Below the pieces are notes generated by a model that saw only the letters and a list, made by a program, of their open reading frames with translations, ran no database searches and had not been told where the DNA came from. From positions 1 through 27,108 of IMG/VR virus record IMGVR_UViG_3300048855_000028: a stretch of 27,108 nt of DNA; one strand, given 5' to 3'. Below are positions 7,935 to 15,605 of the stretch, one piece after another; position 1 is the first letter of the stretch, and every line of letters begins with the position of its first letter. This stretch comes from a virus. Taxonomy: Duplodnaviria; Caudoviricetes. A program made the position numbers and the translations under genes.

Positions 7935-8602
7935 GTGAATGGACCCCCGAGATTGTGCGCGCTCGCTTCGTCGAAGCAGCTTTCACTGAACAGTTTTTGC
8001 CCACAGCGAAAGCGCCATCCAGCCGCGGGTTCTGGCCGACGTTCTTTCACGACGAAGAGGACAAGAAGGGCTGGGACGATGCGGCCCGCCTGGACAACGC
8101 CGAGCGTCGGCATGGCAGGGCGCCGTCGGGTGCAATCAGCCGGCATGCCGAATGCCTGCAATGGACGGGCACAATATTGCATGACGAAAAGCGCCGGCAC
8201 ATCGTATGGTCATGGGCCTTCTGCAGGGCGAACGGTTGGGACTTCGGGGCCCGCTGCGTCAGGAAGGGATGGGTGAGACAGACCGCTTATCGAAGGCTTT
8301 CGGCCTCGATCGACGCGATTGTTGCCACTCTGGTCAACGATGCGGTTTTGTTGCGCCTTCCGGACGATAAATGGGTGAGACACGAAACCCAAGCCGATGT
8401 ACCTATTGATCCATCATACAGCAGTTCCGCGAGCGCGCCGGTCTACCGAACGCCAGCCGCGTTCATGACTGAAAAGCCGGCAGATACGCTGACCACCCCG
8501 GAAGCTGTCGCAGACTTCGTGACCTTCCTGGAGAAGGTGAACAACCGCAGGCGCAGAGATCGAGCCCGACGTTTCGACGCAAAGGATTGCGCCGATGCGT
8601 AA
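7931..8602 (+). CDS. Putative late transcription regulator (DUF6362-like)
   Basis: WTPEIVRARFVEAA...WP...PS..AISR....L.W...RRHIVW.WA...RQTAYRR; last early gene, in the Q/late-activator position; GGAG SD. Confidence 0.65.
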   Translation: MSEWTPEIVRARFVEAAFTEQFLPTAKAPSSRGFWPTFFHDEEDKKGWDDAARLDNAERRHGRAPSGAISRHAECLQWTGTILHDEKRRHIVWSWAFCRANGWDFGARCVRKGWVRQTAYRRLSASIDAIVATLVNDAVLLRLPDDKWVRHETQADVPIDPSYSSSASAPVYRTPAAFMTEKPADTLTTPEAVADFVTFLEKVNNRRRRDRARRFDAKDCADA

Positions 8603-9073
8603 CGGTGACCGCGATAGAGAATGGTCAGACTTCGTGCTGAGCGCTTCCGTAAGCAAAAGCGGGAAGCTTGCTGGAGTTCTGGCGTCGCATCTGCTGACGC
8701 GGACCGCAGTTTACGCCATCGGGTCAAGTCGGGTGCCCCTGTAAAGGTTGGGTTCAGCAGAAGGCCAGTAGGGCGGCTGACCGATCTCCAGATTTCGAGT
8801 CCTATCGAATTGCGATTTCACTTGGTGTGTTGGCTGGCTGACAAAAAGGAAGCCATCGCCCTAGAGCAGCGCTGCCATCAAATGCTCATCCAGTCAGGAC
8901 GGCATCTGCGCAGCGAGTGGTTCAACATCCCGCCTATCGAAGCGGCGAAGGTGATTGACCGGGCCTCCCTCGACGTTGCCTGCAATATGGTCCCTCACAA
9001 GGAATTGGTAAGGCGGTTCCCTTCATCAAAAGATCCTCTCGCGGGATACTTCTGGACAGGGGATGCGGCGTGA
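8595..9073 (+). pseudogene. T5orf172/GIY-YIG-family nuclease split by a frameshift at about 8721-8723
   Basis: ORF from ATG 8595 ends ...AVYAIG; the -1 frame continues VKSGAPVKVGFSRRP..RL..LQ.SSP...LE...H..L...RSEWF. Confidence 0.7.
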
Positions 9074-9255
9074 TGCGGACGAATTACCCCACGCGCGAGA
9101 TCGGCCGCGAGGTCGACTATGAGGGCATGAAGTATCGCGCCTTCGTCGACCACGGCATTGTCGTTATCAAGCTGGACGACTCCCGTCTCGACGGGTTCGA
9201 CCGGCAGTATCTGAAGAATATCGCCAATAAAGTACTCGGGCCGAAAGCCCGGTAA
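9070..9255 (+). CDS. Hypothetical 61-aa protein
   Basis: GTGA coupling; phage-like codon usage. Confidence 0.65.
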   Translation: MMRTNYPTREIGREVDYEGMKYRAFVDHGIVVIKLDDSRLDGFDRQYLKNIANKVLGPKAR

Positions 9256-9259
9256 GAGT

Positions 9260-9392
9260 TCTGACTGCAGCGTGGAAGGACACGCACAGCCTACACTGTG
9301 TCGGGTGGGCCGCAGCCGCGGATAGGCCGGGAGCGACACCCTCGGCTCAATAGAGCGCGCGGAGCTGGTATCAAGCCCGGCCAGTCAGATCA
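9260..9392 (+). ncRNA. tRNA-like structured RNA with an expanded central domain
   Basis: 8-bp acceptor-like stem TCTGACTG/CAGTCAGA, D-arm GCGTG-GAAGGA-CACGC, T-arm GCTGG-TATCAAGC-CCGGC abutting the 3' strand. Confidence 0.65.
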
Positions 9393-9617
9393 GTTATTGT
9401 CTCGAGCAAAGCTCGGGGCCCGGCCTTTCAGGAAGTCCTGTAGCTGGTCGATGATGTACTGAGCGTTATGTTCGTTGATCACCACGCTGAAGCTGTTATC
9501 GACCGTCAGTAGAGTGAGGAGCCCGACGTCTTCTGGACCGGCTTGAACCTCGCATCCTTGAAACACGACGGCGTTGTAAACCTCGGCATCGTCGTCGACC
9601 TTCTTTCGCTTGGACAT
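9390..9617 (-). CDS. Hypothetical moron protein (75 aa)
   Basis: Antisense ORF in a gap with no competing sense gene; globular composition. Confidence 0.65.
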   Translation of the reverse strand: MSKRKKVDDDAEVYNAVVFQGCEVQAGPEDVGLLTLLTVDNSFSVVINEHNAQYIIDQLQDFLKGRAPSFARDNN

Positions 9618-9637
9618 GGCCCCGGGCTTTCTTTGAT

Positions 9638-9652
9638 GTTCTCGTTTCGTTT
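9638..9652. promoter_or_regulatory. Alphaproteobacterial LexA (SOS) box-like GTTC-N7-GTTT
   Basis: GTTC tcgtttc GTTT, one mismatch to GTTC-N7-GTTC, 21-35 nt upstream of ATG 9617. Confidence 0.5.
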
Positions 9653-9663
9653 CACGTGAAACG
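9648..9663. other. parS-like 16-bp perfect palindrome CGTTTCACGTGAAACG
   Basis: 14/16 match to the chromosomal parS consensus TGTTTCACGTGAAACA with an intact core; intergenic. Confidence 0.65.
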
Positions 9664-9670
9664 GATAGGC

Positions 9671-10015
9671 TCAGTACTTCACATCCGGCCGGTACGGCGG
9701 CGCCTTAATATATTCCCGATCTTCGGCCGGCAAAGCTTCGTAGATTTTGTGAGCGTTGTTAAACGCCGCGGACAGTCGCTTACCTGCCGCAGCAAGATCG
9801 TCTCTGCTAGGCCATTCGTTGATATTCACCCGATAGCGCATGTGGTCATAGCCATGTGTCCTGATCTTCAGGCCGAAGGCCGAAGCGAGAAAATTATCGA
9901 TCGAATGGCCTGTCGCGGTTGTTATCTGCCGCAAGAACGTCGCGTAGGGCTGGAAGTCCTTTGTTGCGTTGGCAAGCTCGTTCATCGCCGCTTTATAATC
10001 TTCAGTGGTGCTCAT
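9671..10015 (-). CDS. Hypothetical moron protein (114 aa)
   Basis: AAGG SD, lower GC, antisense just upstream of terS. Confidence 0.7.
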   Translation of the reverse strand: MSTTEDYKAAMNELANATKDFQPYATFLRQITTATGHSIDNFLASAFGLKIRTHGYDHMRYRVNINEWPSRDDLAAAGKRLSAAFNNAHKIYEALPAEDREYIKAPPYRPDVKY

Positions 10016-10075
10016 TTCGACCTTTTCGTATGAAAACGGACTTTAGAAAATCAATCCGGGCTGAAATAAAATCAA

Positions 10076-10471
10076 ATGGCCAGAGGCGGAGCAAGACCAA
10101 ACGCGGGGCGCAAGAAGAATGCCCCCAACAAAGCGTCTGCTCTCCGAGAAGCCCGCATTGCAGCATCGGGGGTCACCCCGCTCGATGTGATGATCTTGGA
10201 CATGCGCTTCCACTACGATCTCTACCAGGAAGCCTTGGCCAAGCAGGATATCGCAACCGCGAAGGTTGAGCTGAAGGAAGCCCGGGACGCCGCCAAGGAC
10301 GCGGCGCCGTACACCCATCCCCGCCTTGCCGCCATCGAGCACATGGGCAAGGGCGGCGGGCCAATCGAGTATTCAGATGTTCGCGACCGCCTTGCACGTC
10401 TCATCGCTCGCGAGGCTGCCGCCGGCGTCACTGGACCGGATACTGCGGGATCTGACGGATCAGGAAGCTGA
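10076..10471 (+). CDS. terS: Terminase small subunit
   Basis: MARGGARPNAGRKK...TPLDVM...AAKDAAPYTHPRLAAIEH.G..GGPI; directly upstream of terL. Confidence 0.85.
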   Translation: MARGGARPNAGRKKNAPNKASALREARIAASGVTPLDVMILDMRFHYDLYQEALAKQDIATAKVELKEARDAAKDAAPYTHPRLAAIEHMGKGGGPIEYSDVRDRLARLIAREAAAGVTGPDTAGSDGSGS

Positions 10472-11735
10472 GGAGCTTCTGCGAGACTGGCGCTTTGTCG
10501 CTCGTTCCGAGCAGGTAGCGCCGCCCGGCGACTGGCGGACATGGCTGTTCCTCGCGGGACGCGGCGCTGGGAAGACGCGATCGGGCGCCGAATGGGTCCG
10601 TAGTCTGGTAAAGGCTGGGTATCAGCGCATCGGGCTTATCGCGCCGACCAGCGCCGACGCCCGCGACGTCATGGTGGAAGGCACGTCTGGCATCCTGTCG
10701 GTGTCGTGGCAGCATGATCGGGATTGCTTCGGAAAACCCATGGGGCTGCCGAGCTATGAACCGTCGAAGCGGCGCCTGACATGGGGCAACGGAGCTCTTG
10801 CTACGCTGTTTTCCGCTGAGGAGCCGGAACGTCTTCGAGGCCCCCAGCATGACGCCATTTGGGCGGACGAGCTTGCGGCATGGAAGAACGCTCAGGATGC
10901 GTGGGATATGGCGATGTTTGGCCTTCGCCTCGGGGATGACCCGAAGGTGATGGTGTCGACGACGCCGAAGCCCGTGCCGTTGCTGCGCGCTCTGCTTAAG
11001 GATCCGACCACGATCACAACAAAGGCGACCACCTACGCAAACAAAGCGAATCTGGCAGGCGCGTTTCTTAAGCAGATTGTCTCGAAGTACGAAGGTACTA
11101 GGCTTGGCCGGCAGGAGCTGGCCGGGGAACTGCTCGAGGAAGCGGAAGGCGCACTCTGGAATCGTGAGATGATCGAGCGGGCCCGCAAGGGTCCTGACGG
11201 CCAGATGCTCACCGCTGCTCCCCCGATGAAACGGGTTGTTATCTCGATCGACCCGGCCATCACGGCGAAAGCCGAATCCAATCTGACGGGCATCATTGCC
11301 GCGGGTCTAGGAGTCGACGGCCGCGGCTATGTCCTGGCTGACGGCTCCGGCAAGTTCGCTCCCGGGGAATGGGCCAAGAAGGCCGTGGCGCAATTCGACA
11401 GCTTGAAAGCCGATCGGATCGTCGCCGAAGGCAACCAGGGTGGTGAAATGGTTCGCCACACGATCCATACCGAGCGGCCTACGGCGCCGGTGACGATTGT
11501 GCACGCAAGGCAGGGCAAGAACGCCCGGGCAGAGCCAGTGGCCGCTCTCTATGAACAAGGCCGCATCGCCCACGTCGGCGCGTTCTCGGAGCTCGAAGAC
11601 CAGATGTGCACATGGGAGCCGCTGGGCGAAATGCCTTCGCCCGACCGGATCGACGCCATGGTGTGGGCTTTCACGGAACTGATGTTGAAGGCGCCGGCGC
11701 AGACCAGCACTAAAACGGTCGTAGGGATGTACTGA
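10377..11735 (+). CDS. terL: Terminase large subunit (start uncertain)
   Basis: Walker A GRGAGKT, LRGPQ, Walker B IWADE, STTPK, nuclease ISIDPA and SPDRIDA. Confidence 0.96.
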   Translation: MFATALHVSSLARLPPASLDRILRDLTDQEAEELLRDWRFVARSEQVAPPGDWRTWLFLAGRGAGKTRSGAEWVRSLVKAGYQRIGLIAPTSADARDVMVEGTSGILSVSWQHDRDCFGKPMGLPSYEPSKRRLTWGNGALATLFSAEEPERLRGPQHDAIWADELAAWKNAQDAWDMAMFGLRLGDDPKVMVSTTPKPVPLLRALLKDPTTITTKATTYANKANLAGAFLKQIVSKYEGTRLGRQELAGELLEEAEGALWNREMIERARKGPDGQMLTAAPPMKRVVISIDPAITAKAESNLTGIIAAGLGVDGRGYVLADGSGKFAPGEWAKKAVAQFDSLKADRIVAEGNQGGEMVRHTIHTERPTAPVTIVHARQGKNARAEPVAALYEQGRIAHVGAFSELEDQMCTWEPLGEMPSPDRIDAMVWAFTELMLKAPAQTSTKTVVGMY

Positions 11736-13132
11736 TGGCCGTCGACAACAAGCACCCCGACTATCTGGAGCGCGCCGGCGAGTGGGCCATCATGCGCCAC
11801 ACCGCGCGGGGCGCAAAGGCGGTCAAGGAGCAGGGCGAGACCTATCTGCCGATGCCGTCGGGCTTTCGGGCCCAGGCTGACGCTGGCAAGGCGATGTACG
11901 GCGCCTACAGCACGCGGGCGCAATTCCCCGAGATCGTGACGCCGTCCATCTCTGGCATGGTGGGAATCATCCATCGGTCGGAAGCGCAGATCAAAATGCC
12001 CAAGGCCATGGAAGGGTTATGGGAGAAGGCGACGAAGGACGGACTGCCGCTTGAGGCGCTGCACCGCCGCGTTACCGGCGAGCTCTTGCTGATGGGCCGC
12101 TATGGCCTGTTGGTGGATGCCGCATCGACGGGCAGCGATCTGCCTTGGCTGGCCGGATATTCCGCTGAGGCGCTGATCAACTGGACGCCAGAGCGCGATC
12201 TGTTCGTGCTCGACGAAACCGGGCCGGTTCGCAGCGAATTCGAGTGGACGGAGCAACAGGCTTATCGGGTGCTCCGGCTGATCGACGGCAGGTATCTGGT
12301 CGAGACGTACAAGGGGACGGAGAAGCAGGCGGCCGGCGCCGAACCGAGGGCCAGGGCAAACAAGCCCATCCCCGACATTCCGTTCGTCGTGCTCGGCTCC
12401 CGCGATTTGTCCGTGACGCCGGACGACCCGCCGCTGATCGGTGTCGCGCGCGCTGCACTGGCTGCTTACCGCCTCGATGCCGACTATCGCCACCAGCTCT
12501 ATTCGACCGGGCAAGAAACGGCGGTCGTTATCAACGGTGATGCGCCAACTGCGGTTGGCTCAGGTGTCGTTCTGTCGCTGAAGGGCGAGCAGGGCCTGAC
12601 GCCGGACTTCAAATACGTCGGTCCGTCCGGGGTTGGCATCGACGCGCACCGCCGCGCAATCCAAGATGAGCGAGACAACGCAGCCGCGGCCGGTGCCAGG
12701 CTGTTCGACAGCGAGAAGAAAGCCGCGGAGAGCGGTGACGCGCTTCGCATCCGGTATGCCGCTCAGACGGCAACCTTGACCAGCATCGCGCAGGCGAGCG
12801 CCGCAGGCATCGAGAAGGCGCTGCGCTACGTCGCCATCATGATCGGGGCCTCCCCCGATGAGGTGGTTGTCACGCCGAACTTGTCCTTCATGGACTCGCC
12901 AATGGCGGCCGCGGAAGCCAAGGCGCTGATGGAAGTCTGGAAGGGCGGCGGGATCAGCTACCAGACCTACTACGAGAACCTGCAGCGCGGGCAGATCGCC
13001 TCGGTCGAACGCGACCACGAGGACGAGAAGGCCTTGGTTGCTGAGGATCAAGAGGGCTTGGAGCCCGAAGAGACCATTGATCCTGCCACGGGGCTGCCCG
13101 TCGTCCAGGAAGCGCCGCCCGTCGCGGCCTAG
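11735..13132 (+). CDS. Portal protein (DUF4055-type)
   Basis: 465 aa after terL, TGATG coupling; HPDY...W, YLP.P, YSTRA.F, GRYGLLVD, AESGDALRIR. Confidence 0.9.
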   Translation: MAVDNKHPDYLERAGEWAIMRHTARGAKAVKEQGETYLPMPSGFRAQADAGKAMYGAYSTRAQFPEIVTPSISGMVGIIHRSEAQIKMPKAMEGLWEKATKDGLPLEALHRRVTGELLLMGRYGLLVDAASTGSDLPWLAGYSAEALINWTPERDLFVLDETGPVRSEFEWTEQQAYRVLRLIDGRYLVETYKGTEKQAAGAEPRARANKPIPDIPFVVLGSRDLSVTPDDPPLIGVARAALAAYRLDADYRHQLYSTGQETAVVINGDAPTAVGSGVVLSLKGEQGLTPDFKYVGPSGVGIDAHRRAIQDERDNAAAAGARLFDSEKKAAESGDALRIRYAAQTATLTSIAQASAAGIEKALRYVAIMIGASPDEVVVTPNLSFMDSPMAAAEAKALMEVWKGGGISYQTYYENLQRGQIASVERDHEDEKALVAEDQEGLEPEETIDPATGLPVVQEAPPVAA

Positions 13133-13147
13133 CACCACTTTGAAATC

Positions 13148-13171
13148 AGATCCGCCAAGCTGCGGGTCTTT
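13148..13171 (+). terminator. Weak terminator-like hairpin after the portal gene
   Basis: AGATCCGC-caagct-GCGGGTCT followed by a short T run. Confidence 0.35.
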
Positions 13172-13210
13172 CCCATGCCTGCAACGCGGGCACAATCCAA
13201 GGACAGGCCA

Positions 13211-14014
13211 ATGGCCCTCAAGTCAGTAATCGAGAACGAAGCCGACATTCCGGATGGGCTCAAGGAGCACTACAAGGAAACGACGATCGCTGGAAAGCCG
13301 ATGTTCGTGCTGTCCGTCGAGGGCGTGCAGGAGCACCCCGATGTGCTGAACCTCAAGTCAGCGCATGAACGGCAGAAGGCGACCAATAAGACCCTCACGA
13401 CCGAGCTTGCTACGGTGAAGGCGCGTGTCGAGGGTCTGCCCGACGACTTCGACGCCGACGCTTACGAAGCGCTCAAGACCGCAGCCGATGGCAAGGCCCC
13501 GCCGAAGACCGATGAGCAGGTCGCGCAGGTCCGGCAGCAGCTCGAGAAGAAGCACAACACTGAGATCGGCAAGAAGGACGAGCGCATCAACGTCCTGCAG
13601 TCGCAGATCAACAAGTTGACGGTCGAGGAAGGGCTGTCCAAGGCACTCGACGAAGCCGGCGTCGATCCGGCGTTCAAGCCCGGCGCGATGGCACTGCTCA
13701 AGAGCAAGGGCGCGGTGAAGCTGGTCGAGGAAGACGGCGAGTTCAAAGCGCTGGTCGAAACCGACATGGGGCCGATGCCGGTCGCCAAATACGTGCAGGA
13801 CTGGTCGGGCTCGGATGAGGGCAAGATCTACGTCAAGAAGCCGACCGGCGGCGATGCCCCAGGCGGCCACGGGCCGAAGTTCGGTGAGAACCCGTGGGAT
13901 ACTCAGGGCGGCAAGGTGAAGCCGAACCTGACCAAGCAGCAGGAATACATCTCCGCGAATCCGGAGAAGGCCCGCCAAATGGCGAAGGCCGCGGGCGTCA
14001 CGCCCACCTGGTAA
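13211..14014 (+). CDS. Capsid scaffolding protein
   Basis: Coiled-coil protein between portal and capsid; MALK...IP..LKEHY; C-terminal GG.APG...NPW...NLTKQ...NPEKARQM. Confidence 0.85.
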   Translation: MALKSVIENEADIPDGLKEHYKETTIAGKPMFVLSVEGVQEHPDVLNLKSAHERQKATNKTLTTELATVKARVEGLPDDFDADAYEALKTAADGKAPPKTDEQVAQVRQQLEKKHNTEIGKKDERINVLQSQINKLTVEEGLSKALDEAGVDPAFKPGAMALLKSKGAVKLVEEDGEFKALVETDMGPMPVAKYVQDWSGSDEGKIYVKKPTGGDAPGGHGPKFGENPWDTQGGKVKPNLTKQQEYISANPEKARQMAKAAGVTPTW

Positions 14015-14112
14015 GCGACGACACGACTTCGGGCGTCAACGACGCTCAAACGGCCTGACCAAAGGGATGGCTGCGAACTCTCATTCATCCCTTAACATCA
14101 GGAGACTATCAA

Positions 14113-15135
14113 ATGGCCACTACGCGCCTCACGGACGTCATCTATGGTCCGCTCTTTCTGCCCTCCACCATCCAGCGCATCGCGCAGCTTTCCCGGATCC
14201 GTAATTCGCCGATTGTTTCGTCGGACGCACAGATCCAGCAGTTTGCCAACGGCCCGGGCGACATCGTGCAGATGCCGTTCTGGAACGATCTCGCCGGCGA
14301 CTCGAACGTCTCGACGGATGATCCGGCCCAGAGCGCTACGCCCAACAAGATCACGCAGGGCCAGGACATGGCTCGCAAGATCCGTCGCAACAACGGCTGG
14401 CAGTCGGCCAACCTTGTCGCTGCGGTGCTTGCAGAGGACCCGCTCGACGTCGTTGCCCAGCTCATCGCTGAATACTGGAACCGCGAAGAGCAGGTCGTGC
14501 TCGGCAAGGTCATGTCCGGCATTTTCGCCAGCTCGGGCATGTCCGGCAACGTCTTGAACGTGGCCAGCGAAGACCCGGCCGGCAACGCTGGCGCCAACGC
14601 CGTTATGTTCGACGCCGAAGTGGCATCGAATGCTTACGCGCTGCTCGGTGAGTACGGCCAGACCCTCTCGGCGGTGCTGATGCACTCCCGCGTCTTCTGG
14701 AACTTGCGCGCACAGAGCGCCATCGTTTACCTGACCGACCCGGCGACGGGGCTGCCGATGAACGATCGCCCGACCTGGGACGGCAAGGACGTTTTCGTGT
14801 CCGACCAGTGCCCGCGCGTTGCCGGCACCACGTCGGGCTTCAAGTACACCTCCTACCTCTTCGGCAACGGCGCGATCGCCTACGCCGAAGCGACGGGCGA
14901 AGGTGGTCCGAAGAAGCCCGTCGAGGTCAGCTCGGTCGCAGAGGCTGGCAACGGCGAAGGCATCGAGACGGTCTGGTATCGCCGCGCATGGGTTATGCAC
15001 CCCCGCGGCATCGCCTTTACCGGCACCCCGGCCGGCAATTCTGCGACCAACGCCGAGCTCGCCACGGGCGGCAACTGGACCCGCAAGTACGATCCGAAGC
15101 TGCTGCGCATGGTCGCGGTCACGACCAACGGCTGA
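14113..15135 (+). CDS. Major capsid protein
   Basis: AGGAG SD; MATTRLTDVI, GD.VQMPFWNDL.GD, DPL...A..IA.YW, VMHPRG, NWTRKYDPK; strong codon bias. Confidence 0.93.
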   Translation: MATTRLTDVIYGPLFLPSTIQRIAQLSRIRNSPIVSSDAQIQQFANGPGDIVQMPFWNDLAGDSNVSTDDPAQSATPNKITQGQDMARKIRRNNGWQSANLVAAVLAEDPLDVVAQLIAEYWNREEQVVLGKVMSGIFASSGMSGNVLNVASEDPAGNAGANAVMFDAEVASNAYALLGEYGQTLSAVLMHSRVFWNLRAQSAIVYLTDPATGLPMNDRPTWDGKDVFVSDQCPRVAGTTSGFKYTSYLFGNGAIAYAEATGEGGPKKPVEVSSVAEAGNGEGIETVWYRRAWVMHPRGIAFTGTPAGNSATNAELATGGNWTRKYDPKLLRMVAVTTNG

Positions 15136-15144
15136 TCGAAACAA

Positions 15145-15172
15145 CCCGCCGCCTAACCGCGGCGGGCCTTTT
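15145..15172 (+). terminator. Rho-independent terminator after the capsid gene
   Basis: CCCGCCGC-ctaacc-GCGGCGGG-ccTTTT. Confidence 0.7.
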
Positions 15173-15195
15173 CATTCCCATCCCAGGAGATCGCC

Positions 15196-15600
15196 ATGAG
15201 CGACGAATATCAGACCGCAGACGAAAAGATGCAGGCGCTTCACGACGCCGAGGCTGCCAGCCGCAAGGCCGAATCCGAGGCCGCTGTCTTCCGCAGCCGG
15301 GTGAAGTCCGGCGCCGGCAAAGCCGACCTGACCGCTCGGGAGAAGGCCTACACCGAGGCCGATGCCGCGCTGAAGAAGGCGACGGAAACCGCCGTTGTGC
15401 AGGACCTGTCCGGCATGTCGCGCGGGCTTTCCGATAGCGCCGGAAACTTCGCTCCGAATGTCGAGGTGTTGAACGCCGGCGGGATCGGTGTCGAGGCCAG
15501 CAACACCAACGTCACCACTGGCGAACCGGCGCATACCGCCGATGAAGCCGGTGCGGGTGGCCTGCCTGCGAAGCGCAAGTACACCAAGCGCGAGAAGTAA
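15196..15600 (+). CDS. Hypothetical virion-module protein
   Basis: AGGAG SD; follows the capsid gene. Confidence 0.8.
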   Translation: MSDEYQTADEKMQALHDAEAASRKAESEAAVFRSRVKSGAGKADLTAREKAYTEADAALKKATETAVVQDLSGMSRGLSDSAGNFAPNVEVLNAGGIGVEASNTNVTTGEPAHTADEAGAGGLPAKRKYTKREK

Positions 15601-15605
15601 GTCCC

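Noticed and set aside
9285-9300. CUA-containing loop as an amber-suppressor or pyrrolysine anticodon
   Set aside because: Loop is 6 nt with no U33 and is followed by an oversized extra domain; no pyl genes and no sign of TAG recoding
10020-10075. AT-rich segment with TTTTCGTATGAAAA and two AAAATCAA copies as late promoter or pac/cos site
   Set aside because: Plausible by position but too short and degenerate to support
14098-15144. 348-aa minus-strand ORF
   Set aside because: Antisense shadow of the capsid gene caused by high-GC codon bias
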